A DNA stretch of 64,000 nucleotides from positions 1 to 64,000 of IMG/VR virus record IMGVR_UViG_2860837431_000002; one strand, given 5' to 3'. This DNA comes from an uncultured virus (IMG/VR IMGVR_UViG_2860837431_000002). Lineage: Duplodnaviria; Heunggongvirae; Uroviricota; Caudoviricetes. The notes under the pieces are model-generated. The model saw nothing but the letters and a program-made list of their open reading frames with translations, was not told the origin of the DNA and searched no databases. This document shows positions 62,884 to 64,000 of the stretch, piece by piece. How positions within the stretch are numbered: the first letter of the stretch is position 1; each line of letters opens with the position of its first letter. The translations under genes were made by a program, and so were the position numbers.

Positions 62884-63025
62884 TTATAAATTCAAATCTC
62901 CCTAATATTAAAAATAAGAATTACTGATACACCCTTACTCTTGGAATCTGAATAAAAGTACGATTTTATGCAGACCTAGAAAACTTGTAATTCCTTCCTA
63001 TGCTTGTAACTTTAGTATACCATTT

Positions 63026-63253
63026 TCATCCTGAGTGATCGATATGGTTATGATCTTTTTGGAAAATCAATAACTCATGCAGCTCGATGTTTAGGTATGT
63101 ACATACCTTATCCAACAGCTCTCTCGGATACCGCTCCATTTCATCTCTGTATAGCTTTCTGACAGTCGGATACTCATGATCAATATCTCTGGATAGCTGC
63201 CTAATACTGATCTTCCTTTCGTCTAATATGGGCTTTAAATTAGATTTAATCAA
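63026..63253 (-). CDS. yopB: XRE HTH regulator (YopB-like)
   Basis: [11 protein letters not shown]...TVRKLY HTH; 75 aa. Confidence 0.75.
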   Translation of the reverse strand: MIKSNLKPILDERKISIRQLSRDIDHEYPTVRKLYRDEMERYPRELLDKVCTYLNIELHELLIFQKDHNHIDHSG

Positions 63254-63506
63254 AATTCCACTCTTTTCATTTGTCTTTTATTGATATCTTATAGTAATCA
63301 ATTGATTCATAAAAAAGACCAAGATAAGACTTGGTCAATAATGCATAAATCTAAGTGTTTTTCGTTCTTATGCGTGAACCAAACCGAAAACCGTTTAAAC
63401 CTTTTTAACTTTTTACAACATAGATACTTAGTCAAAAGCAAATGTTTTTTTTACGGCAACTCCGAGAAATTTTTCTCGCTAACTGTAAATCCTTATAAAG
63501 ACGTTT

Positions 63507-64000
63507 TTATGTTTGATTGTCTCTTGTTTTCCAAGGGACAAGTTCATACACTCCTTCTATTATAGGTACCTTCAAACGGTTTACATAACTTCCTTCATAC
63601 CCCAATATTCCAAGTGTTAGTAATTCAAGATACCAAACACCAAGATAAAGTACATGGAGCTTATCTGTCGGATTGTCAAAATCAAGTTCCCTTGTAGGAT
63701 GGACTATATTATTCCTAAATACAGTAAAAAGGTGTGGTCCATCGTCATAATAATCCTTATTGTCAATAAAGAGTTTTGGTATTGATAAGTCAATTGAAAA
63801 TCTAGATAATATTTCTCTAAATTTCTCTGCTGCATTCATAGACTTATATTTAGATTTACTAATCTTGGATTTTCCATCTACAATAAGATATACCCATGCC
63901 AAAGTTTCCAATGCAACCTGAACAGATACCACCTTGTTTTCCACTATACTTGATGAATGTGCTTGGGAGTACCAACTCAATACTTCCCATAAAACCTTAT
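63507..64000 (-). CDS. YopA-like protein with HEPN-type C-terminus (5' part outside the window)
   Basis: Frame open to the window edge; ALE...FRNNIVH Rx4H motif. Confidence 0.6.
   Translation of the reverse strand, partial: KVLWEVLSWYSQAHSSSIVENKVVSVQVALETLAWVYLIVDGKSKISKSKYKSMNAAEKFREILSRFSIDLSIPKLFIDNKDYYDDGPHLFTVFRNNIVHPTRELDFDNPTDKLHVLYLGVWYLELLTLGILGYEGSYVNRLKVPIIEGVYELVPWKTRDNQT

Larger units (their letters stand above)
1570..62969. repeat. Dispersed 18-bp palindromic gene-boundary site WTAAAA-N6-TTTTAW (~31 copies)
   Basis: Start positions: 1570,3537,3766*,4769,6171,10137,16832*,17955,18313,19236,20065,21425,22150*,22394,36971,40655,41067,43898,44263,45864,46124*,47479,48164,48593*,49285,50098,51736,59253,60402,60951,62952 (* = one mismatch). 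Confidence 0.9.
406..64000. mobile_element. SPbeta-like (Spbetavirus) prophage, early region; continues beyond the window
   Basis: att core in spsM, sprB, yot/yos/yor/yoq/yop gene order, arbitrium locus, AT-rich, mostly minus-strand genes. Confidence 0.96.

Noticed and set aside
1570..62969. Dyad sites as a CRISPR array or as intrinsic terminators
   Set aside because: Spacing is irregular (0.2-14 kb) with whole genes between copies and no cas genes. The A/T-only 6-bp stems are too weak for terminators, and real GC-containing hairpins occur separately.

Overview
The window begins in the Bacillus subtilis-type spsM gene (5' half, yodU). It crosses the 16-bp att core ACAGATAAAGCTGTAT (406-421) and then runs for about 63.6 kb through the early region of an SPbeta-like prophage. 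The prophage carries sprB, a RecU-like resolvase, sspC, dfr plus a thyP3-like thymidylate synthase, dUTPase, nrdI/E/F with two group I introns (one encoding a GIY-YIG endonuclease), the yorE-yorM replication block, yoqW/ligB, the yopM-yopR (sro) repression operon and an SPbeta-type arbitrium locus (AimR, AimP peptide GMPRGA). Two things stand out. (1) About 31 copies of an 18-bp palindromic site, WTAAAA-N6-TTTTAW, sit almost only at junctions between accessory genes, often overlapping the upstream stop codon. Each copy has a different 6-bp core, and I found none in the core replication or repression blocks. This looks like an integron-like gene-cassette architecture. (2) The only two sites with matching cores (inverted) flank a ~0.26-kb inversion that splits a C5 DNA methyltransferase exactly in frame. 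This suggests the sites are recombinogenic and that the methyltransferase may be switchable. Gene names come from my recollection of SPbeta synteny and protein lengths, not from a database search.
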